A DNA stretch of 64,000 bases from Eledone cirrhosa (GCA_964016885.1 OZ024752.1:35092001-35156000); one strand, 5' to 3'; counted from the stretch's first letter, positions 40,477 to 54,496 are shown. Numbers and translations: made by a program. Notes: generated from the sequence alone by a model not told the origin.

Positions 40477-41519
40477 CTTTATATATATATATATATTTAT
40501 TAAAATAACAGATTAAAGTTTAAGCAAAGAATCGGTGCTTTCACCCTTAACGAGATCTTCTGATCTTATCGAACCCTCTTTGGATTTTAGTCTTCAAATT
40601 TATTATTATTACTATATATATATATGGTTGTGTTTATGTGTGTTTGTGTATATCGGTGTGTTTGTATGTGTTTATGTGTATGTGTGTGTCCGTGTATGTC
40701 TGTGTGTATCTGTGTATGTCTGTGTATGTCTGTATGTGTCTGTTTATGTCTGTATGTGTCTGTGTGGCTGGATGGAGATAATCCCTTATTTACTCAGTAT
40801 GATATCATTATAATTGTTGTTACTGTATTTGTTTTTATTGAAAGACATTATCACCTGGGCGTAACCATTGTTTCGTACATCTTTGTATCGACGAGAGAAA
40901 AAATGTGTCTTATCTCAGTTAATATCGAGAGAGAGAGAGACTTTGTCTCATGATTATTTGAACAATGACTCGGGAACAAACATCTACTTCACCCCTTAAG
41001 TGACAAGTGTAACTTGACATTTTTATATAACAAACATACATTTTCCAGGGTGTTATTTTAATTCGATCTATGCAATAATGGTTTCTACTTTAGGCACAAG
41101 GCCAGCAATTACTCAGTACATTACTGGTACTTTATTTTATCGTCCCCGTAAGGATGAAAGGCAAAGTTAACCTCGGCGGGATTTGAACTCAGACTGTAAA
41201 GGGACGTAACTATGCTAGAAAGCATGGCGTCCAACCCTCTACCGATACTGCCAATTCCGCTTCTTAAATAGGCACAAGGCCAGCAATTTTTTTTGGGGGG
41301 GAGGGAAAGTCAATTAAATCGACCCCCAGTGCATTACTGGTACTTTATTTTATCGACCCCGTAAGAATGAAAGGCAAAGCTAACCTCGGCGGAATTTGAA
41401 CTCAAATCGTAAAGGGACGTAAGTCTATGTTGCAAAGCATAGCATCTGACCCTCAACCTATACTGCCAATCCAATCCACCACCCTTCTATACAATAATAA
41501 AAGTACTTATACGTGCTCC

Positions 41520-42405
41520 CTCTCTTTCCCGTAACTCCTGATGGAGGGATGGGGGCACCGTGTTAACATGCAACGTTTCTTAGGGCATTTTAAAACCTGA
41601 CAGAACCCATACCTTCTCCGGGTCTGAATACAGCAGAATTCTTTCAGAGGGTGAGAGAATGAAAATGCGAAAGAGATATAGAGGAAGAATCATCGACCCC
41701 CAATATTAGACTGGTACTTTTTTTTATCGACCTTGAATGGATTAAAGACAAAGTTAACTGCAATGGGATTTGAACTCAGAGAGCAGAGAGCCGGAACGAA
41801 TACTACAAAGCATTCTATCCGACGTTCTAACGTCTCTGCCATTCTATCTGACGTTCTAACGTCTCTGCCATTCTATCTGACGTTCTAACGTCTCTGCCAT
41901 TCTATCCGACGTTCTAACGTCTCTGCCATTCTATCTGACGTTCTAACCATTCTGCCATTCTATCCGACGTTCTAACGATTCTGCCATTCTATCTGACGTT
42001 CTAACGTCTCTGCCATTCTATCCGACGTTCTAACGTCTCTGCCATTCTATCTGACGTTCTAACGTCACTGCCATTCTATCTGATGTTCTAACGTCTCTGC
42101 CATTCTATCTGACGTTCTAACCATTCTGCCATTCTATCCGACGTTCTAACGATTCTGCCATTCTATCCGACGTTCTAACGTCTCTGCCATTCTATCCGAC
42201 GTTCTAACGATTCTGTCATTCTATCCGACGTTCTAACGATTCTGCCATTCTATCCGACGTTCTAACGATTCTGCCATTCTATCTGACGTTCTAACGTCTC
42301 TGCCATTCTATCCGACGTTCTAACGTCTCTGCCATTCTATCTGACGTTCTAACCATTCTGCCATTCTATCCGACGTTCTAACGATTCTACCAGTTCGCCG
42401 CCTTC
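41520..42405 (-). mobile_element. Composite SINE whose 29-bp head segment is amplified ~20 times (41812-42390)
   Basis: (TTCTATCCGACGTTCTAACGTCTCTGCCA)n lies between the B-box side and the GGCGGCGAACTGG 5' end. Confidence 0.85.
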
Positions 42406-43990
42406 ACATATACATGCAGACAAACATAATACACAGTTAAACAATTTTCATTACAATTATCAACATATACACGACATACATCCTCCCTCTTACACAATAC
42501 ACTATGATGATGGGTTCTCCATCGGTTTCGACGATGAACATCCAGTTGTTCGATCCACTACTGAGTGTCCAAATCGGAAATGAATACTGGACAGAGAATT
42601 GCATTCCTTTGTTAAGAAACCTTTGGGTAATTTTAATAAAATTAGACGCCATTTTGAATAAAATGACTCGTTTGTAAAAAGACCACCATATTAGTTGTGT
42701 GTGTCTTTATTGAGATTATAACTACTTCTTCAATGAATAAGTCATTCAATGAAAGACATCTTTCAGATTTGAATAAATATAAGTTATAAGTTTTTCTAAA
42801 ATGTTTATAAATTTTACATATGGCAGGAATCTCAACATCGCTCAATGTGTAAGCCTATGTTCCTGTTCTTTTAATTTTCATTAAATGTTTTCATAGCGAG
42901 TGCCGGAGGCCCCCAAATGTTCTTTTCTCCAGGGCTCAGTCCGTTTTATCTGGATTTGATTATACCGCTTTCTTAGAACTTTCGTGTCACTTGTATAAAT
43001 ATCAATATACCATTTACACCCGCTAAATAGTTCTTTATGCGTGTATTAGATTTCACATAAAACATTTAAAAGTGTGAAATTTAATCTGATTGAGTGAACG
43101 TAACATGAAAGAAACAAGTCAAATCTATTTATCTCTGTCTTAGTATGTTATAGATTATATCGTCATCAACATCATCATCATTATCATCATTGCGACCACA
43201 GTCGAACATATAATAGGAAAGGCCAAAGCTTTTTGCTCTGGGTGATAATAGGGTAAATGGAAATAGGTATATAACATTAATATTAATAGTCTAATTAGAC
43301 TACTAGTAGTAATGTAGGTCGAGCAAGAAGGAGTAAAGATGTGTTTTCATTCTCGGATGTAATTTGTATTTAAAACCACAAAAATACAGAGACAACATAT
43401 TTGAATGAGAAGTTAGAAAGAGATACGAGATTGGAAGAGGTTTGTAGATAAATATAAACATTTTAAAACAAACATTTTTGTACTATAGAACGAAGGAAGG
43501 TTTAAAGTGGTTTCGTATCAAATATTTTAAAGCTTATTTCTAGTTAGGTTTTTGATGGTTTCTCTCCATTATCTCCATTAACAGACTGTTATGATTTAGC
43601 AGAAAATATCTAAAAATGGGTTTGTTAAATGTTTATAGTATCTTTACTAGTGGACAGATCGTTGTGGAAATTTCTAGCATTTTTAATGTGATGCTGTCAC
43701 AGAACTATTTTATACTTTTCCAGAATACCTCGAAGCTGTGGTTTCCTACTGCACAGGACGTTAATATATGGCAACCCTTGGAAACCCTTATAATCAGATG
43801 AATATTATATGTTTATCTTATTAGCCTAGTTATAGTTTACAAAATATTTAAAAGAACCGACTGAAATTTAAGAACGTACCACTTTTACAAATGATCAATA
43901 TGTCTGGGTAGCCCTATCCAAACCTGGAATAACCATTACGCAAAATAATCACATACCTCAAGTAATGAGGGCCTTAAAGAACATTTTTTT

Positions 43991-44198
43991 CCTAACCCTA
44001 ATTCTAACTTAACCCTAACCTAAACCTTAACCTTAACCCTAACCCTAACGCTAACTTAACCTTAACGTTAACTTAACCCTAACCTAAACCTTAACCTTAA
44101 CCCTAACCCTAACGCTAACTTAACCCTAACGTTAACTTGACCCTAATCTAAACATTAACCTTAACCCTAACCCTAACGTTAACCCCAACTCTAAACCA
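43991..44198. repeat. Degenerate (CCCTAA)n-like interstitial repeat
   Basis: CCCTAA/CCTTAA/CTTAA variants. Confidence 0.8.
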
Positions 44199-44659
44199 TA
44201 TACAGTATATATGGGTATTATAGTATTTTCAATGCTTAGGGCCGTTAAAGTTCTTAATCCCGTTCTAGCACCATCGACCCTCTGGGGATCGATATCAACT
44301 ACTTTGAGAACCCTTGGGGAGTTTCTATATCAACCAACTATGAGGTGGGCGAGGGCGGTGGCCTCGATTAAACTATAATATAAAACTCAGATATATTTTA
44401 AGCTTAACTTCAGGTTAACGCGGTGAGGAAAAATGAGAGAAAAAAGAGAGAAAAAATGAGTCAAAGGTCAGAATGTGGAATTACTTGTGTTAAACAGTGA
44501 TTGCGTTGTGTGAGTGTTGATGTTCACAGGAAACAGAGAGGATATGAAGACAGCTGTGAAGTTGTAGTGAAGTAGGCAGTCTAATCTTGTAAAGTACTAA
44601 ACATCGTTTTATTAAGGGATTAGAAAACAATGTTGGGGGCTCAACAGTACACACATGTG

Positions 44660-44718
<59 letters not shown>

Positions 44719-44762
44719 TGCAGCAAAAGCGATAGTGTTGATATTCATAATCAGGGTCTCTA

Positions 44763-44786
<24 letters not shown>

Positions 44787-44793
<7 letters not shown>

Positions 44794-44905
44794 AATAAAA
44801 AAAAAACAGATTAAAGTTTAAGCAAAGAATCGCTGCTTTCACCCTTAAAAAGGGGGAAAGCAGCGATTCTTTGCTTAAAATTTAATCTGTTATTTTAATA
44901 AATAT
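44787..44905. repeat. Palindrome of a (TA)n-associated repeat also found at 40497-40615, 59372-59465 and 61875-61935
   Basis: CAGATTAAAGTTTAAGCAAAGAATCGCTGCTTTC...GAAAGCAGCGATTCTTTGCTTAAAATTTAATCTG. Confidence 0.8.
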
Positions 44906-44988
44906 TTGCTCTACGGTTCTTATATATTTGATATATATTTATCCTTATCGAGCCCTCTTTGGATTTTAGTCTTCACATTTATTATTAT

Positions 44989-45160
<172 letters not shown>

Positions 45161-45316
45161 CGAAGGAAATGTGGTAAGGAACCAGGTGGACCATAACGCA
45201 CCAAAGTACTCAATACTTGAGGTAGCAGAGTGGGTAATAGGAACCAGTAAGACCCCTGCGTCCAGAATTAGCCGTCGAAACGGCTTGAGCTCAGCTGTCG
45301 GGGTCTTACTGGTTCC

Positions 45317-45376
<60 letters not shown>

Positions 45377-45522
45377 TATATAACGGAAGAAATGTGGTAA
45401 GGAACCAGGTGGACCATAACGCACCAAAGTACTCAATACTTAGGGTAGTAGAGTGGGTAATAGGAACGAGTAGGACCCCGACGGCTGAGCTCAAGCCGTT
45501 TCGACGGCTCTCTCTCTCTCTA

Positions 45523-45641
<119 letters not shown>

Positions 45642-45679
45642 AGATAGATATAGATATACATACATACAATATCTATTTA

Positions 45680-45774
<95 letters not shown>

Positions 45775-46070
45775 CCTTCCGGTGTTACCATTTGTACAAC
45801 AAGTCTACACCATATCCTGCTCTGTTTCCAGTCGTAAGACACTTATTGTTATTTGTTTAAATACTCGCTTTACTGTCCTAGTCTAAAGATACTCAATTGT
45901 TGTCTCCCCTGTCTCTATGCCGTTGTGTTGTCCCATATGCATCTTTCCGACGGTTTGTTCTAGGTCGTTGTGAAACCTGGGCTCAATATTATGCAATAGC
46001 ACCTTTATGCATGAAATTACATTGCCCGGGAGAAGGGGAGAGGCTGGTGAAGGAGCTGGATGCTTTAGTT

Positions 46071-46371
46071 CAGCGGTCGGCAACCGGTGGTCCGAGAGAA
46101 AGTTTTGGTGGTCCGCAGAAAAAATTGGACATTATTTGCTTTAAAGATGTTGTTATGATTACATAAGCATTTATAGTTTTGTTATAATTAAATAAGCATT
46201 TATAATTTTGTTGTATTTAATAGATGCATTTCATATTAATAGAATAGAAGTTCTCTGATCATTATTTTACAAAAGTATTTATCTTTTTAAAAAAAATTCA
46301 TATTAGTGGACCACGGGATTTAGAATTATGAATACGGTGGTACGGGAGGTTCGGAACGTTGGCGACCCCTG
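46071..46371 (+). mobile_element. hAT (Charlie/Buster-like) MITE
   Basis: CAGCGGTCGGCAAC...GTTGGCGACCCCTG; perfect TSD CTTTAGTT. Confidence 0.9.
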
Positions 46372-46414
46372 CTTTAGTTCATTTATAGGCAGTGGCTTCC
46401 ATTAGAAATATTAT

Positions 46415-47750
46415 AATTGTTTCTACTTTTGGCACAAGGCCAGCAATAACCCCTAGTGTATTACTGGTGCTTTATTTTATCGACCTCGTAAGGATGAAAG
46501 GCAAAGTTAACCGCGGCGGGTTTTGAACTCAGACCGGAAAGGGCCGTAATACTATGCTGCAAAGCATGGCATCCGACCCTCCACCGATACTGCCAATCCA
46601 CCGCCCATTAGAAATATGGTTATGAAAGGATTTAACAGTCATAGCCAGAAGTATGTTATCTAATTTCTAGTGGAGACAAGGTATTAATCTAGACTGCACT
46701 AGAGAGGAGATTACACCTGTGTGTCGTCACTGATGTATCACATGATCACAGCCTGATAGGGATTCTTTCTAATTCTTGACACAAGGCCAGCAATTTGACC
46801 CCGTAAGGATGAAAGGCAAAACTAACCTCGGCGGGATTTCCACCGCTCCTCTACAGCCTGGTAGTAATGGTTTCTGATTTAGGCACATGGCCAACAATTT
46901 GGAGGGAAAGGAAAGGGAAAGTCAATTAAATCAAATCCCAGTACATTACTGGTACTTTATTTTATCAAGCCCGTAAGGATGAAAGACAAAGCTAACATCG
47001 GCGGAATTTGAACTCAGAACGTAAAGGGCCTTAACTTTATTCCATAAAGCATGTTGGCCGACGCTCTACCGATTCTACTGCCAACCTCCCCAGTCTGATA
47101 AAAATGATTTCTGATTTAGGCACAAGACCAGCAATTTTGGTGAGGGGGAAAGTCGATTAAATCGACCCCATTGCGTTACTGGTACTTTATTTTATCGACC
47201 CCGTAAGGATGAAAGGTAAAGTTAACCTCGGCGGGATTTGAACTCAGATCATAAAGGGTCATAACTCTATGCTGCGTCCGAACCTCTACCGATACAGCCG
47301 ATCCACCGCCCTCCCCAATCTGATAATAATTGTTTCTACTTTTGGCACAAGGCCAGCAAATTACCCAGTGCATTACTGGTACTTTATTTTATCGACCCCG
47401 TAAGGATGAAAGACAAAGTTAACCTCGACGGGATTTGAACTCAGATCATAAAGGGCCATAACTCTTTGCTGCAAAGCATGGCGTCCGACCCTCTACCGAT
47501 ACTGCCAACCACCGCCCAGTCTGATAATAATAAGCGAAGTTTCAGCCCAGTACCTTCCGTCTCGGTGGATTGGCAGTATCGGTAGAGGGTCGGACGCCAT
47601 GCTTTGCAGCATAGTTACGTCCCTTTACGATCTGAGTTCAAATCCCGCCGAGGTTGACTTTGCCTTTCATCTTTACGGGGTCGATAAAATAAAGTACCAG
47701 TAATGCACTGGGTATGTGCTGGCCTTGTGCCTAAAGTAGAAACAATTATT
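46415..47750. mobile_element. Cluster of main-family SINEs (mostly -, last +)
   Basis: Family consensus. Confidence 0.9.
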
Positions 47751-47992
47751 TTCTCCTGATTACTTTTCCAGGTTGCGTGCTTCATGGTGAGAAGACAATT
47801 ACTATGAAACAATCACTTGGTTTCTTTCTTTATTTATTTATTTATTTATTTATTTATCTATTCATTTATCTATCTATTTATTTGTTTGTTTGTGTTTTTA
47901 TGTAAGGAAAAGAGAAAAAAAAAAGAAAGACAGTAAATGACAAAAGACGATGTGACGGGGGAGAGGTGAAGAGTGAAGAAAAGAAACCTTAC

Positions 47993-48032
47993 TCTTTCAT
48001 ACAACAATATATAGTGGGAGCTTCACAACATC
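47993..48032 (-). CDS. Duplicated 40-nt Cys micro-exon (G)CCEAPTIYCCMK; alternative exon or relic of gene B exon 2
   Basis: Homologous to the 3' third of exon 2; attag acceptor, AGA|gtaagg donor; same phases 1/2. Confidence 0.45.
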
Positions 48033-48078
48033 CTAATTGTGGGGTGGTATTGAGAAGAAGGATAAGAAAGAAAACTTA

Positions 48079-48794
48079 CCGTATTTCCCGGAGCCGAAGT
48101 CATCTTTACGGGGTCGATAAGATAAAGTACCAGTAATACACTGGGATAATTGCTGGCCTGGTGCCAAAAGTAAAAACAATTATTAGTTTAATCACAATTG
48201 AGATTAAACTAATAATTGTTTCTACTTTTGGCACCAGGCCAGCAATTATCCCAGTGTATTACTGGTGCTTTATCTTATCGACCCCGTAAAGATGAAAGGC
48301 AAAGTTAACCTCGGCGGGATTTGAACTCAGACCATAAAGGGCCGTAACTCTTTGCTGCAAAGCATGGCGTCCGACCCTCTACTGATACTGCCAATCCACC
48401 AATTGAGATTCAACTAATAATGATTTCTACTATAGACACAAGGCCAGAAATTTAGAGGAAGGGGTCGATTATATCGACTCTGGTGCATTATTGGTGCTTT
48501 ATTTTATCTTATCGACTCCGTAAGGATGAAAGGCAAAGTTAACCTCGGCAGGATTTTAACTCAGAACGTAAAGGGCCGTAATGATAATCACTTTGTGTGC
48601 AATTGGGGGAGTTCAGAGAACCATAAGAAGTATAGAACCTTATTTCCCGGCGCCGAAGAGGACGCACCCTAATTTTGACAACCAAAAATTTGAAAAACAA
48701 AAATAATAAACAACCTTCGGCTACCAGGACATATGGTAGATTTTTGAGACTTATTTTATGAAAAAAGTAGCGTCTTCAGCGCCGGGAAATACGG
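48079..48794. mobile_element. pogo/Tigger-like MITE with nested SINEs
   Basis: TA-CCGTATTTCCCGG(A/C)GCCGAAG ... CTTCAGCGCCGGGAAATACGG-TA. Confidence 0.75.
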
Positions 48795-48986
48795 TAGTAA
48801 AATATTGATTTAAGATTATCATTTGTTTTAGTCTCCTAAATACATAAGGAGGTGAGGTAGTAGAGTCCTTGGGTCGTCGGATAAGAATGCTTCGTACCAG
48901 CTCTCCGAATTCAAATCTTACTGAGGTCAAATATACTCCTAATGGTGGTGTGGTGTTGAGGAGAAGGATAAGAAAAGAAAACTTAC

Positions 48987-49098
48987 TCTTCTACACAACA
49001 ATATTTTCCATTCGGGGCTTCACAACATCCAAATTTACAATAAACTTTATCTGTGAATCCTTGGTCGTCTTGTATCATACACACGTCGTCTGCCAAAC
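48987..49098 (-). CDS. Gene B exon 2: Shisa-like/CYYR1-type Cys ectodomain LADDVCMIQDDQGFTDKVYCKFGCCEAPNGKYCCVE
   Basis: tttctttctactag acceptor, AGA|gtaagt donor, 112 nt phase 1/2; six-Cys C..C..CC..CC pattern. Confidence 0.88.
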
Positions 49099-49399
49099 CT
49101 AGTAGAAAGAAAAAAGATGCATTGAAAGGTTCATGTTATGTCTTTACCCCGCATATCTTAATAAATTAATCCACTCCAATGCAGGGCCTTCCCACTCCTG
49201 TTGGAGCGACCCCTCCATTGTTGACCTCTACCGCTTTTTGTATGGTTTTGGTCATGTCTTCAGGGATGTAGCCGTACACACCACACCTGGCCAATTGTGG
49301 GTTGGTAAGGGATATATATATATTGGACCGTCAAGTATGAATTTTGTAGAAATTTGTTTGTTTTTTTCTCTACAAATTTCATACTTGGCGAACCAATAT

Positions 49400-49477
<78 letters not shown>

Positions 49478-49564
49478 GGAGGTGAGTTTTATTGTAGTAC
49501 AATAAAGCAATGCAGATATCGGATAAGAAGCACTCTACAGTTTGTAGGACTGGAGTATACATAA

Positions 49565-49924
49565 TATATAAGAACAAAAGATGGTTAAAGGAGTTCCATG
49601 TATTTTATTATGCGCATTTCAAAAACAAATATCATCATGCAATAATATTTGTGTTTTCATCAGATAAAACAGGAGGACATGATATGAAGGCTAAAAAACA
49701 CTTGTGGATAGTTCAGTTTTAAATCAACATATTTAAAACTGAACTATCCACAAGTGTTTTTTTAAACTGTTGATTTAAAACTGAACTACCCACAAGTGTT
49801 TTTTAGCCTTCATATCATGTCCTCCTGTTTTATCTGATGAAAACACAAATATTATTGCATGATGATATTTGTTTTTGAAATGCGCATAATAAAATACATG
49901 GAACTCCTTTAACCATCTTTTGTT

Positions 49925-49932
<8 letters not shown>
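49565..49932. repeat. Inverted repeat, ~165-bp arms, each with a minimal hammerhead (49827-49895 +, 49602-49670 -)
   Basis: GTTTTAT-CTGATGA-AAACACAAATAT...ATATTTGTTTTT-GAAA-TGCGCA-TA-ATAAAAT. Confidence 0.85.
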
Positions 49933-49961
<29 letters not shown>

Positions 49962-49971
49962 AAAAAATTAA

Positions 49972-50410
49972 GTAACAGCCGTACTAAGAGTGAGAAATGA
50001 AATTTCGTTTCATTTTTTCCGTTTATCGTTTTCGGTACCCCGGCCGATTAACTCACTCGATATGCAAATTAGGCTGCTCAGCCGTTAATATGCATAAAGA
50101 AAGTATATACTTTCAGACGTTCAACCATCTGGCAGGAAGGTATACGTTGCTGACGATAGCTAATAAGCTTGAAACTAGTACAGCGTTCCTTTGTCAGTGT
50201 TGAACAAATGAGCAACGATGGTTGCTAGACACTGTACGGCTTAATTCGGGATGTTTGTTTACAAACACACCGAGCATTATAATAAATGTTCGCGGTGAAT
50301 CCATACGTACATATATATATGTGTGCATGTATGAATATATATATATATATATATTATATACATACTACTGTACGTCTGTATATGTATGTACGTATACATA
50401 CTTATATATA
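49972..50410 (+). mobile_element. Second copy of the 31.7-kb pLTR with hammerhead at 50144-50186
   Basis: ACGTTG-CTGACGA-TAGCT(AATA)AGCTT-GAAA-CTAG-TA-CAGCGT. Confidence 0.75.
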
Positions 50411-52841
50411 TAAATGTTACACGTTTAAAGGGAGATAATAAAAGCACTAATGCAAGGGACATAACTTTTAATAATTATGAGTGGCAAAGCAAATCTAGGT
50501 ATGATTTGAACACACAATAATCCGAACAAACTCAAAGTTATTTAATTAGACGCTCTGACGACTTTGACAATTTGCCACGATAACAGGACAGGGTCATTGT
50601 TAATTAATGGTTTCTGGTTTAGGCACATGGTCAAACATTTTAAGGGAGGAGGGAAGTTGATTAAATCTACCCCAGTGCGTTACTGGTACTCTATTTTATC
50701 AACCTCATAAGGATGAAAGGCAAAGCTAACCTCAGTGGAATTAGAAATCAATAATAATAATAGTTTCTTATTTAGGCACAGGGAAGGCCAGTGGATTGGG
50801 GGAAATGAAAAACCGATTAAATCAATCCCAGTGCGTTACTGGTACTTTATTGAGCTCGGTAGGATTTGAACACACAACGTAGAACACACAACAAATAGCG
50901 AGACATTTAATTAGAAGCTCTAACGACTCTGCCACAATAACAGGACAGAGTCATTGTTAATTAAAGATAAGAAAACTGTATTGTTGTTAACCGTACAACG
51001 TTGTATCACTTTCTATGATAACACTGAAAGAAAACACACTATCGAAAACAATTTTTATTGCTTAGTCAGAAAGAGAGGTACTGCCTCTGACCTTTCTCGG
51101 GTCCTCCGAGGCTGTTTTGAGGGAGGTAGGAACAGATGTGTAACTAGGGAAAATAGTGCCTAAAGCAAGCAGTGAAATTATGCCCCTGTCTAAACATCCG
51201 ATATTCATCTTTCAGATAACCATAAAATCAACTCAAATTACCAATCCAATTCGTTAATTTTTTAATTGAAAATAATTGTTTCTACTTTTGGCACAAGGCC
51301 TGCAATTATCCCAGTGTATTACTGGTACTTTATTTTATCGACCCCGTAAAGATGACGAGCAAAGTTAACCTCGGCGGGATATGAACTCAGAACATAAAGG
51401 GACGTAACTCTATGCTGCGAAGCAGGGTGTCTGACGCTCTACCGATTCTGCCAGTCCAAAAATAATACAATATTTTTACCTATGGAAGCCTAATAATTTA
51501 TATAAATGGTTTAATGATCCAGCCACCATAATGCTTCTCAAATTAAAGACAGATCATACATCTGCAGAAGTTTCTTTTTTCACTCTATGATAGCTTACCT
51601 GACTTTAATAGAAAGTGCACCTAGACCGGTGGGCGCTCATGGCACGTGTCATGCTTACCATACCCTATTTACGCCTGTTGACAGGAAGGTACCTTCAAAC
51701 CAAAGACTTAGTCAGGATGCTTGCAACTGAATAGATTCCGCTAAAGGTACCCAAGTGATGAGTTGAGGTATTAAACTAGGCGACATGTTGTCTACAGCAC
51801 AAGTAGGTAACAGAAGGATTCGAGCTCAGAGAGTAAAGAGTCGGAACAAATATTGCAAGGCGATTCCTCCAGATCACCGTCCTGGATTGGTACTTTATTT
51901 ATCGATCCAATGTGGATAAAAGACTAAATTGACTTCAGCTGGATTTCAACTGAGAACTCGCTATCTTCAATTCGGCACTCGTGTGAACCCTTACCCATGT
52001 CATAACTCTTGGGTAATGACCTTGTAGTGATAGGGGGTCACCATTATGTAGCGAATAGGGTCACGTCCATGTAACTGTTAAGATGTATTCTTTGCAGGAT
52101 GAATGATAAAAAGAATGATGAAGAATTGCGATGTTGACAACGTTTATTTTGTAATAATTGTTTCTAATTTTGGCACAAGGCCAGCAATTACCCAGTACAT
52201 TACTGGTACTTTATTTTATCGACTCCGTAAGGATGAAAGGCAAAGTTAACCTCGGCGTGATTTGAAATCAGATCGTAAAGGGACGTAACTATGCTGGAAA
52301 GCATGGCGTCCGACCCTCTACTGATACTGCCAATTCACCGCTATTTATTTTGTAATAATAAAACTCACTTGTTACTACATCGAATAATGAGTAATAAAAT
52401 TGTGACACAATTATCACTACATTAATTGTCTTACTAGCTACTTCGAGCTAGCGTGAATGCATGTATCAACCGAAAGAATACTATCACAAATCCAAGCCAC
52501 CGAAATGGGGCTCACCCGAGGGGTCTTTGGGGGTACCGTTAACAGCTGAGTATACTGGAGCAACATAAAATAAAGTGCTTTGCTCAAGAACGCAAAACAC
52601 AAACCAGTCCAGGAATCGAACCCACGACATTATGATCGTATGTTCAACACCCTTACCACAAAACTACGATGTAAAATGTGTTCGACTAAGTTAAAGTAAT
52701 AATCTTTCTTACAGTTCACTACTATGATACAAATCTGTGAGTGGTCTACCTTTGTACACGATATTACATAAGATTGTAAAAAATCAATCTGTTATGCTTC
52801 GTCATTTTTCAATAATATTATACACTGTAGATGTTCGATTA

Positions 52842-53400
52842 CAGTGAATCTACGCTTATCCGGACGGTCAAAACGAAACAGTTAGAAAAATATCCGAATA
52901 AGTGAATTCTAAAATCCCATTGTTACATAATTGTTTCTACTTTAGGCACAAGGCCAGCAATTACCCAGTGCATTACTGGTACTTTATTTTATCGACCCCG
53001 TAAGGATGAAAGGCAAAGTCAACCTCGGCGGGATTTGAACTCAGATCGTAAAGGGACGTAACTATGCTGGAAAGCATGGCGTCCGACCCTCTACCGATAC
53101 TGCCAATCCACATCCCATTGTTACATAATGCTCGTGGTTTCTAATATTTTGGCTTCTTTTAGTCAAAATAAAAGACAAATGCTAAGTAAAGAAAGTTTAT
53201 TAGAATAACAAAAGAACAGCTAGAATTTATAAGAAAATTAATTAAACAAACATAAGAATAACTAAAAACTTGGTAAAACTGAATTGAGTCAAACCATAAA
53301 AAGTTAGTTTTTTTTTAAATGAATAAATAGTAGTATAGAAATAGTCGTCCGGTAAATCGAATTTCGGAAAAGCGATATCCGGATAAGCGAAGGTGCTCTG
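52842..53400. mobile_element. Tigger-like MITE containing a young SINE (52932-53111, -) with 18-bp TSD
   Basis: TA-CAGTGAATCTACGCTTATCCGGA...TCCGGATAAGCGAAGGTGCTCTG-TA; TSD ATCCCATTGTTACATAAT. Confidence 0.8.
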
Positions 53401-53429
53401 TACTTCAATTATTATCAGCTGTTTCGGTA

Positions 53430-54005
53430 CGAGGTTCAATTTGCCTTTCATCCTTACGGGCTCGATAAAATAAAGCACCAGTAATGCATTGGGTCGATTT
53501 AATCGACTTTCCCCTCTCCCCAGATTTTCTGGCCTTGTGCCTAAAGTAGAAACAATTATTATTGGCAGAATCGGACGCCATGCTTTACAGCATAGAGTTA
53601 CGGCCCTTTATGGTCTGAGTTCAAATCCCGCCGCGGTTAACTTTGCCTTTCATCCTTACGGGGTCGATAAAATAAAGTACCAGTAATGCACTGGTTAATT
53701 GCTGGCCTTGTGCCTAAAGTAGAAACAATTATTATTATTCGACTCGTACGCTGGCCTGTCGCTCCCGGGGTATCGGCGTTCGTCTTTGTGTGTGTGTCTG
53801 TGTGTGTGTGTGTGTGTGTTTGTCTGCAGTATCGGTAGGGGGTCGGACGCCCTGCATTGACGCATAGAGTTACGGCCCTTTACGGTTTGAGTCCAAATCC
53901 TGCCGAGGTTAACTTTGCTTTTCATCCTTACGGGGTCGATAAAATAAAGTACCAGTAATGCACTGGGATAATTGCTGGCCTTGTGCCAAAAGTAGAAACA
54001 ATTAT
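53430..54005 (+). mobile_element. Cluster of main-family SINEs
   Basis: Family consensus. Confidence 0.85.
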
Positions 54006-54071
54006 TATTATTATTTTATATAAAACGAGGTTTACTTACTCATGTTTAGAAATCTCCTTAATTGTTTTGCT

Positions 54072-54415
54072 TTGTCACAACTTACTACTAGACCTACTTA
54101 CTACTTTAAACATTGCATACAGTTAAATGTTGTCACAACTTACTACTACACATACTTACAACTTTAAACATTGCATACAGTTAAATGTTGTCACAACTTA
54201 CTACTACACATACTTACTACTTTAAACATTGCATACAGTTAAATGTTGTCACAACTTACTACTACACATACTTACTACTTTAAACATTGCATACAGTTAA
54301 ATGTTGTCACAACTTACTGCTACACATACTTACAACTTTAAACATTGCATACAGTTAAATGTTGTCACGATTTACTCCTATACCGACTGCTTCAACACTG
54401 TATACAGTTAAATGT
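54072..54415. repeat. 58-bp minisatellite (~6 units)
   Basis: TTGTCACAACTTACTACTACACATACTTACTACTTTAAACATTGCATACAGTTAAATG. Confidence 0.92.
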
Positions 54416-54496
54416 TCATTCATGAACAAGTTTAACACATTAGCACGTGGCCTATCTGTAGTACCAGTTAAAACAAATACAAATGATTTTCGTATA

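Noticed and set aside
42437-42652. Minus-strand 71-aa ORF as a gene B exon
   Set aside because: Ends in an RTE-like stem-loop plus (CAT)n tail; phases do not fit
43723-43763. Plus-strand terminal exon YLEAVVSYCTGR*
   Set aside because: Only an acceptor-like site; no linked upstream exon found
43991-44198. Telomere or chromosome-fusion site
   Set aside because: Short, degenerate and single orientation; such tracts are common inside repeats
44487-44588. Possible minus-strand exon LDCLLHYNFTAVFISSLF...
   Set aside because: Weak acceptor and donor, and including it with exon 3 would frameshift; no independent support
45770-45990. Minus-strand ORFs as host exons (also 49160-49300)
   Set aside because: Stops and frameshifts, and resemblance to decayed RTE LINE 3' ends
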